From positions 1,120,001 through 1,184,000 of the forward strand of contig CAWGJT010000010.1 in NCBI GenBank assembly GCA_963822965.1: DNA of 64,000 nt, in the 5' to 3' direction. The notes beneath the pieces are model-generated. The model searched no databases and was not told the DNA's origin. It saw only the letters and a program-made list of their open reading frames with translations. The stretch is from an uncultured delta proteobacterium. Its GTDB lineage: Bacteria; Myxococcota_A; UBA9160; UBA4427. A program made the translations under genes and the position numbers. This document shows, in pieces, positions 39,075-49,316 of the stretch; position 1 is the first letter of the stretch, and the number at the start of each line of letters is the position of its first letter.

Positions 39075-42000
39075 ATGCGATACCGGTTTGGCGATGTCGT
39101 AATTGACGACCGCTCCCTGGAGATTTGGATCGCAAGGAGCGCTGGTCCGCACGGAACCCCTGGTCTTCCGACTCATTCTCCACCTGCTCCGAAACCGCGA
39201 GCGAGTGGTTCCCAAGGAAGAGTTCATTGAGGTTCTCTGGGACGGTCGCGCCGTCAGTGACTCCGCACTGACCCGAGCGATTTCGCACGCCCGGCGCGCC
39301 CTCAAGTCTCCTGCAGTCGAGCACCCAATCCGCACCGTCTATGGGACTGGCTACCAGCTGAACAGTCGGGCCGAGGTCATGGAGCTGTACGAGCCGACGT
39401 CGCAATCCACCTCAGCGCCGCATAGCTTCGTCGGCCGCAAGGTGGAGCTAGAGCGTTTCTCCGCAGTGTTGGCGCATCTCGAAGCGGGAGCTGGCGGGAT
39501 ACACCTTGTCGCGGGTGAGCCCGGCATTGGAAAGTCCGCCCTCGTAGAGGAATTGATCGAGCTCGCGACGGCTCGCAGAATCGCAACCCGACTCGGCCGC
39601 TGCTTCGAATCCGGCGGCGCAGCGAGTTTCTGGCCATGGGTTCAAGTCCTTAGGCAAGAGATCGACGACCGCGGCTACCCATCCGAGTCTGAGATTGGCC
39701 GCACCGCGAGCGCGCGCATCACCCAGATGATTGGCGACCCGCTAACGGGTTGAATCAACAGTACGAGTCCGACGTCTCGGCCACGACAGATCAAAGGCTG
39801 GCCCTTTTCCAGGCCATCGAGCGACTCTTCACGAATCGGGCCAAAACCTCCCCAACCCTGCTCGTCCTCGAGGATATTCATCGAGGAGATGACGAAAGCC
39901 TCGCGCTGCTTCGATTCTTCTCGTTGCACATGCGCCCAGTGCCGATCACGATCGTCGCGACCTATCGGCCCTCGGATGCTCAGATCACGCCGGAGCGGGC
40001 TCATCTCATAGCCGAAATCGCGAATGGCCCACGTTCAACCGTTCACACGCTGGCGGGCTTGTCCGAATCCGAGGGAATGTTGCTCTTGGCAGGAATAGCG
40101 TCCGCTCCAGACGTCGCACATGACATCTACATCCGCTCCTCAGGAAACCCCCTGTTCTTGCTGCATCTAGCCGCGGCCGTCGATACGCTGGGCGTCGAAG
40201 CGGTGCGCCGAGACGGCGCCAGATTGCCCGAGGCGCTTCGCGACGCAATCGGGCTGCAGGTCAGCTCCGTCAGCAAGTCGACGCGCGAGGCTCTCTCGAT
40301 GGCAGCCGTTGTCGGGCGAGAGTTCAGCCTGGAGGTCCTGCGTTGCCTAGTGCCGGACGCCGGTCGCATGCTCGCCGCGCTCGATGAAGCGCTCCTGCTA
40401 GGGCTAGTGGCCCATGCCCCCGATCACGGTATCGACTGGTATCGATTCAAGCACGTGCTAGTCCGAGACTTCTTGTATGAGACTCTGGGCGGAAGGGAAC
40501 GGGCGGAGACGCACGTACTACTCTCGGGTCACGTCGCCAGAACCGACCACAGCGTCGGCCGAGCCGCCTTGCTGGCTTACCACGATCGGGCAGCCGTACC
40601 TCTGGTCGGACGAGAACCGGCGATTCACAGCACCGTCGAAGCGGCGGCAGCCGCGTCGGCTCGCTTTGCCTATCTCGATGCTGCAATGCAGTATCGCCTA
40701 GCGCTGGACCTCACGTCAGGCCAACCCAATTACCGTCGCCTCGAGTGCGAGTGCTATATCGGTCTAGCAGAGTCCCTCATGCGGCCGGGGATCGAAGCAG
40801 CGCTTGGACAGCGTGCACCGAGGCCGTAACCCTCGCTCGGCAATTGGCCGCGCCTGACCTGCTCGCCCGCGCCGCGCTCTCTCTTTCTCCGGGATTTCTG
40901 TCGATCGAGACGGGCCTCTATGAGCCAGAACACGTACAGCTCCTGCAGGAGGCGATCGAAGCCAACTCTTCTGCGGCTCCCGCGCTTCAAGTTGAGCTGC
41001 TCAGCAGATTGGTCACAGCTCTCTACTGGTCAGAATCGGACACCCGCGGCGCAAGTATGAGCGCCGAAGCGGTAAGAATGGCGGAACTCGCCGGAGACGA
41101 TCGATCACTGGCCCTTGCGCTACATGCCCGACACTCCGCGCTCTGGCATCCCGACTTCACAGACGAACGAACAGCAATCGCGCGGCGATTGGTGGCCCAG
41201 AGCAGAGAGGCTGACGACTTTGAGGGCTCACTGATCTATCGAGCCGGGCTAATCGCCGACCTGGCGGAGGTCGGTAGCAGGGCCGAACTTGCCCGTGAGG
41301 TTGAAAGCTTCTCTCGCGACGCCAGAAGCTCAGGGCAGCCAGACTCGATGTGGTTGGCACCGATGTTTGAGTCGACTATGGCCCTGATGGCGGGAGACTT
41401 TGGGCGAGCCACCGAGCTCGCGGTAGAGCTACAGGAACTGGGCTCTCGTGTTGGATCCGAGGATGCGCAAACCTGCTGGGCAGCACAGACGACAATGACT
41501 TCGTTCGAGCTTGGTGCGGGCCCTAAAGTCATCGACAACCTTCAAGATCACGCAGCCAACCATCCGAATGTCTTTCGGCTGTTTCGAGCCGCTCCCGCTT
41601 GGGCAGCTGCAGAGTTCGGGGAGACCCAATCCGCGCGGGAGCACCTGAAGTTCTTTGCCGATTCGGCATTCGAGACGATTCCCAAGGACATGAACTGGCT
41701 CGGATCGCTCACCATCCTCGCGATGGCCAGTGCAGAACTCGAAGAGGTTGCATGGTCTGCGCATCTCTACGAGATGCTTCGGCCTTACGCTCACCGGTGC
41801 GCCGTGCTTGGCTACAACGTCATCTTCCTCGGATCCATAGCCACACACGTAGCGGGCCTAGGGTCCGTCTGCGGCAGGCACGGCGAGGCGCAGCACTACT
41901 TTGCCCAAGGGCTCCGAGCGAACGAGGAAATCGGCGCGCAACCTTGGGTGATCCGATCCCGATATGCGCAGGGAAGAGCGACAGCAAGATCCGGAGATCT

Positions 42001-42112
42001 GGCTGGAGCTCGCGCCCTTTTGGAGCAAGCGCGCGCAGATGCGCAGGAGCTCGGCATGACTCACATCGCGAACAGATGCGGTGCAGCGCTCGCCGCACTT
42101 CGTGACCGCTGA
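39075..42112 (+). CDS. OmpR/CadC-type winged-helix + STAND/AAA ATPase + TPR-like regulator (three frameshifts)
   Basis: RERVVPKEEFIEVLW..VSDSALTRAISHARRAL..IRTVYGTGY; FVGRKVEL, GEPGIGKS, LLVLEDIHRGD, SSGNPLFL; helical C-terminus. Confidence 0.85.
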
Positions 42113-42207
42113 GAGCAGACGGATCAGGATTCATCATACTCTCGTAAGGATCTCGCGGACCTCCGGCCGATAGGATTGCCGAGGTATTACACGGCTTGGT
42201 CTTTCGC

Positions 42208-43185
42208 ATGAGTGAGTGCCTGACGAATGACAGGGAATCCGGACGGTCGTGGGATCGTTCCCTTGGGGGCATTTCCCTGGACCTGCTGGCGCGGATCGCC
42301 GCAACTCCTTCGACGGTCCTAATTCTGGGCGAGACCGGCTCAGGCAAGGGGTTCCTCGCGCGAGCAATTCACGAGCATTCCCCACGCAATCGGGAACCTT
42401 TCGTTCACGTCGACTGCACAGCTCTCTCTCCGACTCTGATCGAGAGCGAACTCTTCGGTCACATACGCGGTGCGTTCACAGGAGCGATAAGCGGCCGCAA
42501 GGGGCGCTTCGAGCTAGCGGCATCCGGAACAATCCTCCTCGACGAGATTGCCAACCTGGACCTGAACGCGCAAAGAAAGCTTCTTCGCGTTCTAGACGAG
42601 GGAATTTACGAACGCGTGGGCAGTTCGGTGCCAATACGTCTAAATGCTCGCGTCATCGCCGCCACCAACCGGGAACTATCTGAAGCCGTTCAAAGCGGTG
42701 ATTTTCGTAAGGATCTCTTCTATCGCCTTGCCGTCACCCGAATCCGCGTCCCACCGCTGCGCGAACGACTCGACGAGCTACCGTGCCTAGTCGATGCAGG
42801 CCTGGCACGTGCCGCCGCGCGACTCAACAGGCCCGTACCGCGCAGCTCCAGCGAACTCATTTCACAGCTTCGCGAGCATTGCTGGCCGGGGAATGTACGC
42901 GAACTCTTCAATGCTCTCGAACACGCTGCTGCGCACGCACCCGACGGCCGCCTTTGTCTTCGCTCTTGCGACTTGGATCTCGCCGACCATGCGCTGAACG
43001 TAAGAATGGCGCGAACCCTCCGTGAACCAGCGTTCGCGTCGACCGCGTCACAGGATATCCAGGCGGTGCTCATTGCAACCGGAGGGAATGTGTCTCGAGC
43101 AGCTCGCCGCCTCCGCATTCCACGCAGTACCCTGCGCTACCGCATCCTGCGCGCTGGACTCGAGCATCTGCTCGTACGTGACTAG
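42208..43185 (+). CDS. sigma54-dependent enhancer-binding protein (AAA+ and Fis HTH) with no N-terminal regulatory domain
   Basis: LGETGSGK, ESELFGHIRGAFTGA, LLDEI, FRKDLFYRL, WPGNVREL, GNVSRAARRLRIPRSTL. Confidence 0.92.
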   Translation: MSECLTNDRESGRSWDRSLGGISLDLLARIAATPSTVLILGETGSGKGFLARAIHEHSPRNREPFVHVDCTALSPTLIESELFGHIRGAFTGAISGRKGRFELAASGTILLDEIANLDLNAQRKLLRVLDEGIYERVGSSVPIRLNARVIAATNRELSEAVQSGDFRKDLFYRLAVTRIRVPPLRERLDELPCLVDAGLARAAARLNRPVPRSSSELISQLREHCWPGNVRELFNALEHAAAHAPDGRLCLRSCDLDLADHALNVRMARTLREPAFASTASQDIQAVLIATGGNVSRAARRLRIPRSTLRYRILRAGLEHLLVRD

Positions 43186-43250
43186 GACGGACTTGAGGAT
43201 GCGCTTCTAGTCAAGCGTCAAACAAGCGGGCACAAAGGCGGCGTACAGTT

Positions 43251-44249
43251 TCAGCCCTGTCGAACGTGAACTCCGGACTCTCGGAGGAGAGCCAGCGCTG
43301 TCGATCCCAGCGGATAGTGGTCGTTGTACACCACCTCCACCAGCCCCGCGTTGATGATCAGCTTCGTGCACTGCAGGCAGGGCGAGAAGGTCGTGTAGAT
43401 GGTGGCGCCACGCAGGCTGACGCCGTGGTAGGCGGCCTGGGTGATCGCGTTCTCTTCGCCGTGCGAGCACAGGCACTCGTCGAGACGGGTGCCGCCCTCG
43501 ACGAGCTGGTTGCAGCGCGGGCAGCCGCCCTCGTTGCAGTTCGTGGTGCCGCGGGGCGTGCCGTTGTAGCCGGTCGAGATGATCCGCCGGTCGTTCGTGA
43601 CGACGGCGGCCACCTTGCGCTTCACGCAGTTGCTGCGCGACGCGACCGTGCGCGCGATGCTCATGAAGTAGTCGTCCCAGCTCGGGCGTTCGAAGAAGAG
43701 GCTTCGCTCGAACACCTGCTGCGACTGGCGCTGGTGGAGCGATCTCCAGCTCGCCGTCGTTCGTCACCTCGAAGTCGGCCAGGGCCTTGACGGCGTTGAG
43801 CTGCTGGGCGGTAGGATCGTCGCTGCCGAGCTCGCGGGCCTCGAGCGCCTCAGCTCTTCGAGGGTCTGCGGGTCGCCCTTGCGGCCGCGCCGGTTGAGTC
43901 GCTCGAGCCGGGTCTGGATGTCCGCGTCCACCCAGATGAGCTTGAAGGGGTAGCCGCTCGTCGCGGAAGACCTCGACCTCGGCGGGGTGGCGGATGGAGT
44001 CGATGGCGTAGTTCGTGTCGGAGCTTCAGGTTCTTGACCGCCAGCGGCCGCCAGCACGCCGGGGCCACCCGCCTCGCGCAGCTCGCGCCCGACGTCGATC
44101 ATCCGCGCGCGGGTCTCTTCCAGGCCCCGGCGCGCCAGCTCCTGGCGGATCACGTCCGAGAGCGAGAAGGACGAGAAGCTCCTCGCCTTCAGGTAGTCGA
44201 CGATCTCGCCCTTCCCCGCGCCGTTGGGGCCCGCGACACCGAAGATCAT
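43251..44249 (-). CDS. P-loop nucleotide kinase-like domain fused to dCMP deaminase (frameshifted)
   Basis: MIFGVAGPNGAGKG..SLSDVIR N-domain; RPSWDDYFM, TGYNG, HGEENA, PCLQC deaminase. Confidence 0.8.
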
Positions 44250-44338
44250 GGGCGCACGGTACCCGCTGGCCGGCACGACGGTCAAGCGGCGCAGGCCCGC
44301 GATTGCGCCTGGGGAACCACTCTGTCAGCCTGCTCGCC

Positions 44339-45241
44339 ATGCGGGTGTTCGTGACGGGGGCGGCGGGGTTCGTGGGGGGGCACCTCTTGCTGCGGCTGCA
44401 GCGGCAGGGGTGCCAAGTGGTGGCCTGCGACCGCGAGGTCGACGTGACCGATCCCGTGGGCTTCCGGCGGGCCATCCGGCAGGCGCGGCCGGATGCGCTC
44501 ATCCACTTGGCGGCGCAGAGCTCGGTGGCGGCTTCCTGGCGCGATCCCGCCGATGCCTATCGCATCAACTATCGCGGCACGCTCACGGTGCTGTCGGTGC
44601 TGCTCGACGAGGTGCCCCGGGCCCGGGTGCTGCTGATCGGCTCGTCCGACGCCTATGGGCCCGGCACGCCCAGCGGCCGGGACATTCGCGAGAGCGATCC
44701 GCTGGCGCCCGCCTCGCCCTATGCACGCAGCAAGGCGGCGGCCGAGCTGCTGGGCGGCCTGGCGGCGGAGCAGGGGCTTTCGGTGGTGCGGGTGCGCGCC
44801 TTCACGCACATCGGGGCGGGGCAGTCGGACCACTTCGTGGCCTCGAGCTTCGCCAAGCAGGTGGCCGAGATCGCCGCCGGCCAGCGGCCGCCCCGCATCG
44901 CGGTGGGCAACCTGGGCAGCGTGCGCGACCTGCTCGACGTGAACGACGTGGTGGACGCCTACGCCCGGCTGCTCGATCCGGCGGTACCGCCGGGCATCTA
45001 CAACGTGGCGAGCGGCCGCGGTGTGGCCGTGCGCGAGGTGCTCGAGACCCTGCTCGACCTGGCGCAGGTGAAGGCCGAGGTAGAGGTCGACCCCGCGCGC
45101 TATCGCAAGGCCGACTACCGCGTGGGCGATGCCAGCCGGCTGCGCCAGGCCACCGGCTGGGAGCCCCGCATCCCGCTGCGCGAGACGCTGGCAAACGTGC
45201 TGGCCTACTGGCGCCGGCGCACCGCCGCCTCTTCGCCGTGA
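44339..45241 (+). CDS. NAD-dependent epimerase/dehydratase (GDP-sugar reductase Rmd / GDP-mannose dehydratase-like)
   Basis: VTGAAGFVG, HLAAQSSV, SPYARSK, RAFTHIGAGQ, GNLGSVRD. Confidence 0.88.
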   Translation: MRVFVTGAAGFVGGHLLLRLQRQGCQVVACDREVDVTDPVGFRRAIRQARPDALIHLAAQSSVAASWRDPADAYRINYRGTLTVLSVLLDEVPRARVLLIGSSDAYGPGTPSGRDIRESDPLAPASPYARSKAAAELLGGLAAEQGLSVVRVRAFTHIGAGQSDHFVASSFAKQVAEIAAGQRPPRIAVGNLGSVRDLLDVNDVVDAYARLLDPAVPPGIYNVASGRGVAVREVLETLLDLAQVKAEVEVDPARYRKADYRVGDASRLRQATGWEPRIPLRETLANVLAYWRRRTAASSP

Positions 45242-46161
45242 GACGTGCGGCCGTCGTCTACAACCCGGTGGCCGGTGCGGGCCGGGCCCAGGCGCTGGCC
45301 GAGCAAGCCGCCCGCATCCTGGAAGAGGACGGCTACACGGTGGAACGCCTGGCCACCCCCGGCCCCGGCGGCGCCGAGGCGCTGGCCCGCGAACACGCCC
45401 ACGCGATCGACCTGCTGGTGGTGGCGGGCGGCGACGGATCGATTCGCGAGGCCATCGCCGGCCTGGGCCCCGAGAGCCGCCGCGTGCTCGTCGCCGTGCT
45501 GCCCTGCGGCAACGCCAACGTGGTGGCCCGCGAGCTACGGGTGCCCTTGCAGCCCGATGCGGCCCTCGCCCTGCTTCGCGGAGGCGAGCCCCGGCCGATC
45601 GACCTGGCGTATCTCAACGACGAGCTCTTCCTCGCCATCGTGGGCATCGGCTGGGACGCCCGCACCGTACACTGGCTGGCGCGCCTGCGACGGACCCGCC
45701 TGGGCAGCTTCTGGTACCGCGTGTGGGCCGACAGCGTCTACTTCTTCGCCGGCCTGCTGGCCCTGTTCGCCCGCTCGCCCGCCGGCCTGCGCATCATCGC
45801 CGACGGCCGGCCGGCCCCCCGCCCCTACCGCACGGCCTTCCTCGCGAACTTCCGCTGCTACGGAAAGGGCTGGGCGATGGTGCCCGACGCCGACTGCGCG
45901 AGCGGACTCATCCACTACCAGGCCCGCAAGCGAGCCGGCTTCTGGTTCATCGCCTGGCAGCTCGTCGCCGCCATGCTCCGTAAGCGAACGCCGGCCTTCA
46001 TCTCCGACTACGCGCACGGGGGAGAGATCGTGGTCGAGTCGGACCGACCGTTCCCAGTGCAGGTTGACGGGGACGACCGGGGGGTGATGACGAGGATCGC
46101 GATCCGGGTGGAGCCGGGGGCGGCGCGGGTGGTGGGGCCGCGGAGTGCCGCCGGCGATTGA
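45238..46161 (+). CDS. Diacylglycerol/lipid kinase family protein
   Basis: YNPVAG, AGGDGS, PCGNANVVA, QVDGD. Confidence 0.88.
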   Translation: MRRAAVVYNPVAGAGRAQALAEQAARILEEDGYTVERLATPGPGGAEALAREHAHAIDLLVVAGGDGSIREAIAGLGPESRRVLVAVLPCGNANVVARELRVPLQPDAALALLRGGEPRPIDLAYLNDELFLAIVGIGWDARTVHWLARLRRTRLGSFWYRVWADSVYFFAGLLALFARSPAGLRIIADGRPAPRPYRTAFLANFRCYGKGWAMVPDADCASGLIHYQARKRAGFWFIAWQLVAAMLRKRTPAFISDYAHGGEIVVESDRPFPVQVDGDDRGVMTRIAIRVEPGAARVVGPRSAAGD

Positions 46162-46578
46162 ACGGCCAGCCTCCGGCAGGCACGAGCCTCGCGAGGAGGC
46201 GACGCTCGCTGCCCTCCAGCTTGCGGCAGAGGGTCCCACGTTCGGGTCGCGCCACTCCCCCCAGGAGATCGAAAGGTTTTCGACGCGTTGCGCGCTAAGG
46301 CTTCGCCGTCAGCCGACTGAGCGTGCTCGTCAAGCAACCCATCGGGCCGCCGCGGGACCTCGAAGTCGTCAGCAACAGGTGAGTCTCTCTCCAGAAACTC
46401 GCCGCTGTGAACGCCCGTCGAGAACGGCAGTCGCACGGCAGGGTGGGACCGGGCCTGGTGGCGTGTGCCGTCTCGAGCAGCATGCCCCGCGCTACCTAGG
46501 TGGGGCGCTCATGAACCTCAACCCCGCGCCCCTCGACGCGAGGACGACGTCGCCCGCTGCCGGCGAGCCGCCCTGGGC

Positions 46579-48858
46579 CTACCGGCCCCGAAGCAGCGCC
46601 CGCATCGCCCGCTCCAGGCGGACGAGCTGATCCGAGCTGAGCACGGCCTGGATCGACAGGCCCCCGGTCACCGTCCAGGCGATCCCGTACCACGTGTTCT
46701 CGGTGCCCGACCAGCGGCGAATGCGGATCTCGTACTCCTCTCCGGGCTGCCCGGTGAACTCGGCGATCTCGTAGCTGTTGTCCCACGAGCCGCTGTAGCC
46801 CACCTGGGTGCCGTTCGAGTCGTAGATCTTGAGGTCGAGATCAAGCCCAAGGATGGAGAGCAAAGGCGAGTCCGGCAGCCAGGGGAGGAAGTCACGCCAG
46901 GTGTAGACCCTGCTGTTCCAGGCCAGGACGACCCGCACCTTCTGCGGCCCGTAGAGGAACAGCTGCTTGGGCAGCCTGGGAACCTTCACCCGGTAGCGGA
47001 AGGTGGAGAGCTTCTGCTTGTCGAAGTCGCGCGAGCGCAAGGTGCCCACGTCCCATCCGCGCCAGCTTGCCGCGCCGTTGCGGCGGCTCCGCCGCTGGGT
47101 GATGCGGTAGCTCTCGAACGCATTCGCCGCGCCCGCGCCGTCCGCGGCGTCGTTTCCGGCCACGACGTCGATCCACCAGCGGCGCCCGTTCACGTTGCGC
47201 GATGCCCCGGCGAGGAGGATCGCCCGGCAGCCCTCCGGCCACCGCTTGAGCGTCGTGTCGGTGCTCTGGATGAGAGCCGCGATTCCAGCCACCCCGGGCG
47301 CGGCGAAGCTCGTTCCGCTGCTGGTCCTCCCAACCGCGGTCACGCTCGTCCCGTTGGCGCAGATCTCCGGCAGCTCCCGGTCCCCGTGCGGCGCGGAAGG
47401 ATTCCGGTACACCGACGTGGCGGCCATCGCGGCGGCGGCGTCGTCATGACTGCCGACCGCCAGGCTGTTGTATCCCTTGTGGTTGACGAACTCCACGTTC
47501 GGCGAGGCGTCGTTGCCCGAAGCCTGGACGATCGTGGGGAACGGCCAGTGCAGAACCCTCCAGTCCTTGTAGATGTCGTCGAACGACAACCCGTCGTCCG
47601 TCTGCTCGTCGTCGCGGTGGAAGCTCTGGCTGATGACGGTGCACTGCGGGGTATCGAGCGCCCAGTCGAGCGCGTCGAGGTCGTAGGAGTTGGCGGAGTA
47701 GAGGAGGCAGGAGGGCGCATGGCCGTTCGGAGCCTTCTGCTGCTTGTTCCGCACGATGGCGTGCGTGAGCCTGGCATGGGCCGACGTGGATGCGGAGCTC
47801 GACGTGTCGAACCGGCCCTGAATCTGGAGATTCGTGGTGACATCCGGTCCGCGTTCCCACACCGCCACGCGGATGCCAGCCCCCTTCACTCCGGCCGCGT
47901 GGACCGTGCCGGAATCGGCGATGTCGATCGAGTCGACGAGATCGTCGAATCCCCTGGGATCGCGGAAGTAGACGCCGGCGATGTCCGGGCGCCTGGCCGC
48001 CCTGCGAATCTGGGCCGGCGTCATGGAGGCCGCGATTGCGGGAACGGCCGTGGCGACGCGTAGGTTCCTTGCTCCCAGGGCCTGCAGCCCGGCAGCCAGC
48101 TCGCCGAGCGCCGCCGTCATTGCCTTGCGTTCCCGAGCCACCTCCGCAGGAGCGCTATCGGCGCGCCGGGCACGCTGTCGGGTCGCCTGCTCGAACGTGA
48201 TCGTCTCCTCCCTGTGCAGCCAGACGGCGATGGGAACCCGGGCGGTCGCGCGCAGCCCCTTCAACCGGGCATGAAGGCCGGGGTGAAGCTTGCCCACCCG
48301 CGCGAATCGACGGGCGACTATCTCGTACACTAGGCGCTCGCCGTCCACCTTGCGGCCCTGCTGATCGAACGCGAGAGCGATCGGCTTGCCCGTCCGTCGG
48401 TCCCGGGCCTTCAGCAGTTCGACGTACTTTCCCCGGGCCCGCGCATAGAGGGGCAGCCGCGTCACTTTTCCACGAGCCAGGCCGAGCCGAAGCGCGCTCT
48501 CGACGACGGCGCGCGGAGGCACCGTTCCGGCCGTCTCCGCCACGCTGAACTCGATCTGCGCGCCGGGTGCCACGAGCCGGTTCGAAGACGAGACGAGCTT
48601 TCCGATGCGAAGAACGTGCTGCCCCAGCGGGAGAGCGCTCCTGGGGGTCCAGGTGAGGCGACGGCCCTCGCGGCTGACGCGCACGGCGCCCTCGCATCCC
48701 ACGACCGACACCCCGTCCCTGGCGGAGTCGCCGTCGATCGCCGCGGTGGTTTCGACCACGATTCGACGAGGAGCAAACAGGATCTCTCCGGGTTCCACGG
48801 ATACCGATCGGATTCCCTTGTCACGCACGAGACCGCCTCCCTTCCGGTTCGTCTCCAC
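46579..48858 (-). CDS. S8 subtilisin-family peptidase with N-terminal extension and C-terminal beta domain
   Basis: RVAVWE (Asp position), AHARL, ASGND, SGTSFAAPGVAG; C-terminal DLDLKIYD. Confidence 0.82.
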   Translation of the reverse strand: METNRKGGGLVRDKGIRSVSVEPGEILFAPRRIVVETTAAIDGDSARDGVSVVGCEGAVRVSREGRRLTWTPRSALPLGQHVLRIGKLVSSSNRLVAPGAQIEFSVAETAGTVPPRAVVESALRLGLARGKVTRLPLYARARGKYVELLKARDRRTGKPIALAFDQQGRKVDGERLVYEIVARRFARVGKLHPGLHARLKGLRATARVPIAVWLHREETITFEQATRQRARRADSAPAEVARERKAMTAALGELAAGLQALGARNLRVATAVPAIAASMTPAQIRRAARRPDIAGVYFRDPRGFDDLVDSIDIADSGTVHAAGVKGAGIRVAVWERGPDVTTNLQIQGRFDTSSSASTSAHARLTHAIVRNKQQKAPNGHAPSCLLYSANSYDLDALDWALDTPQCTVISQSFHRDDEQTDDGLSFDDIYKDWRVLHWPFPTIVQASGNDASPNVEFVNHKGYNSLAVGSHDDAAAAMAATSVYRNPSAPHGDRELPEICANGTSVTAVGRTSSGTSFAAPGVAGIAALIQSTDTTLKRWPEGCRAILLAGASRNVNGRRWWIDVVAGNDAADGAGAANAFESYRITQRRSRRNGAASWRGWDVGTLRSRDFDKQKLSTFRYRVKVPRLPKQLFLYGPQKVRVVLAWNSRVYTWRDFLPWLPDSPLLSILGLDLDLKIYDSNGTQVGYSGSWDNSYEIAEFTGQPGEEYEIRIRRWSGTENTWYGIAWTVTGGLSIQAVLSSDQLVRLERAMRALLRGR

Positions 48859-48998
48859 TCACCGGCCTACCGCGGCGGAGCCACTGAAGACCAGGTCGAT
48901 GAAGCCGGCCATGTCGCCTCTGGTTCCGCATTTCATGCTCTGCCGACACAGACTCGCTGTCAACCAGAATGGAACGTCCAGCAGCCTGGCGGCCAGCC

Positions 48999-49022
48999 CC
49001 CCTGCAAGCCGGCTTGCAGGGG
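48999..49022. repeat. Perfect 24-bp palindrome in a divergent intergenic region
   Basis: CCCCTGCAAGCCGGCTTGCAGGGG equals its own reverse complement. Confidence 0.85.
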
Positions 49023-49316
49023 CGTCGCCGACGCCTGGCGGTGTATTGCGACGCGCTCGCCCTCGGCCGGCGACGGAGCCCACCCCAAGCGGGAAGGAGC
49101 TGCTCGGGGCTCGGCCCGCGGGTCCAGGGACTTGGACGGGATCGCTCGCGTCTCACGCGCTCCAGGAGCACGATGCGGGGTCGGGGCGATGATCTGGCAA
49201 TGGGAGCTTGGCGCCGAGCCGCCTGCCAGGCACTCCCGAGGTTGCCCGGCCGGCAGGGGTGTGGCGCAGCGCTAGACTGGCTCCCGAGGTGTGGGCTTGG
49301 ACTGGAGGCGCGTACT

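Noticed and set aside
39075..42112. Avs-type antiphage STAND NTPase
   Set aside because: The N-terminus is a transcription-factor winged helix, not a nuclease or other effector, and the context is regulatory.
46162..46578. Possible gene remnant between the lipid kinase and the S8 peptidase; similarly 28093-28488
   Set aside because: No recognisable motif or consistent coding frame.
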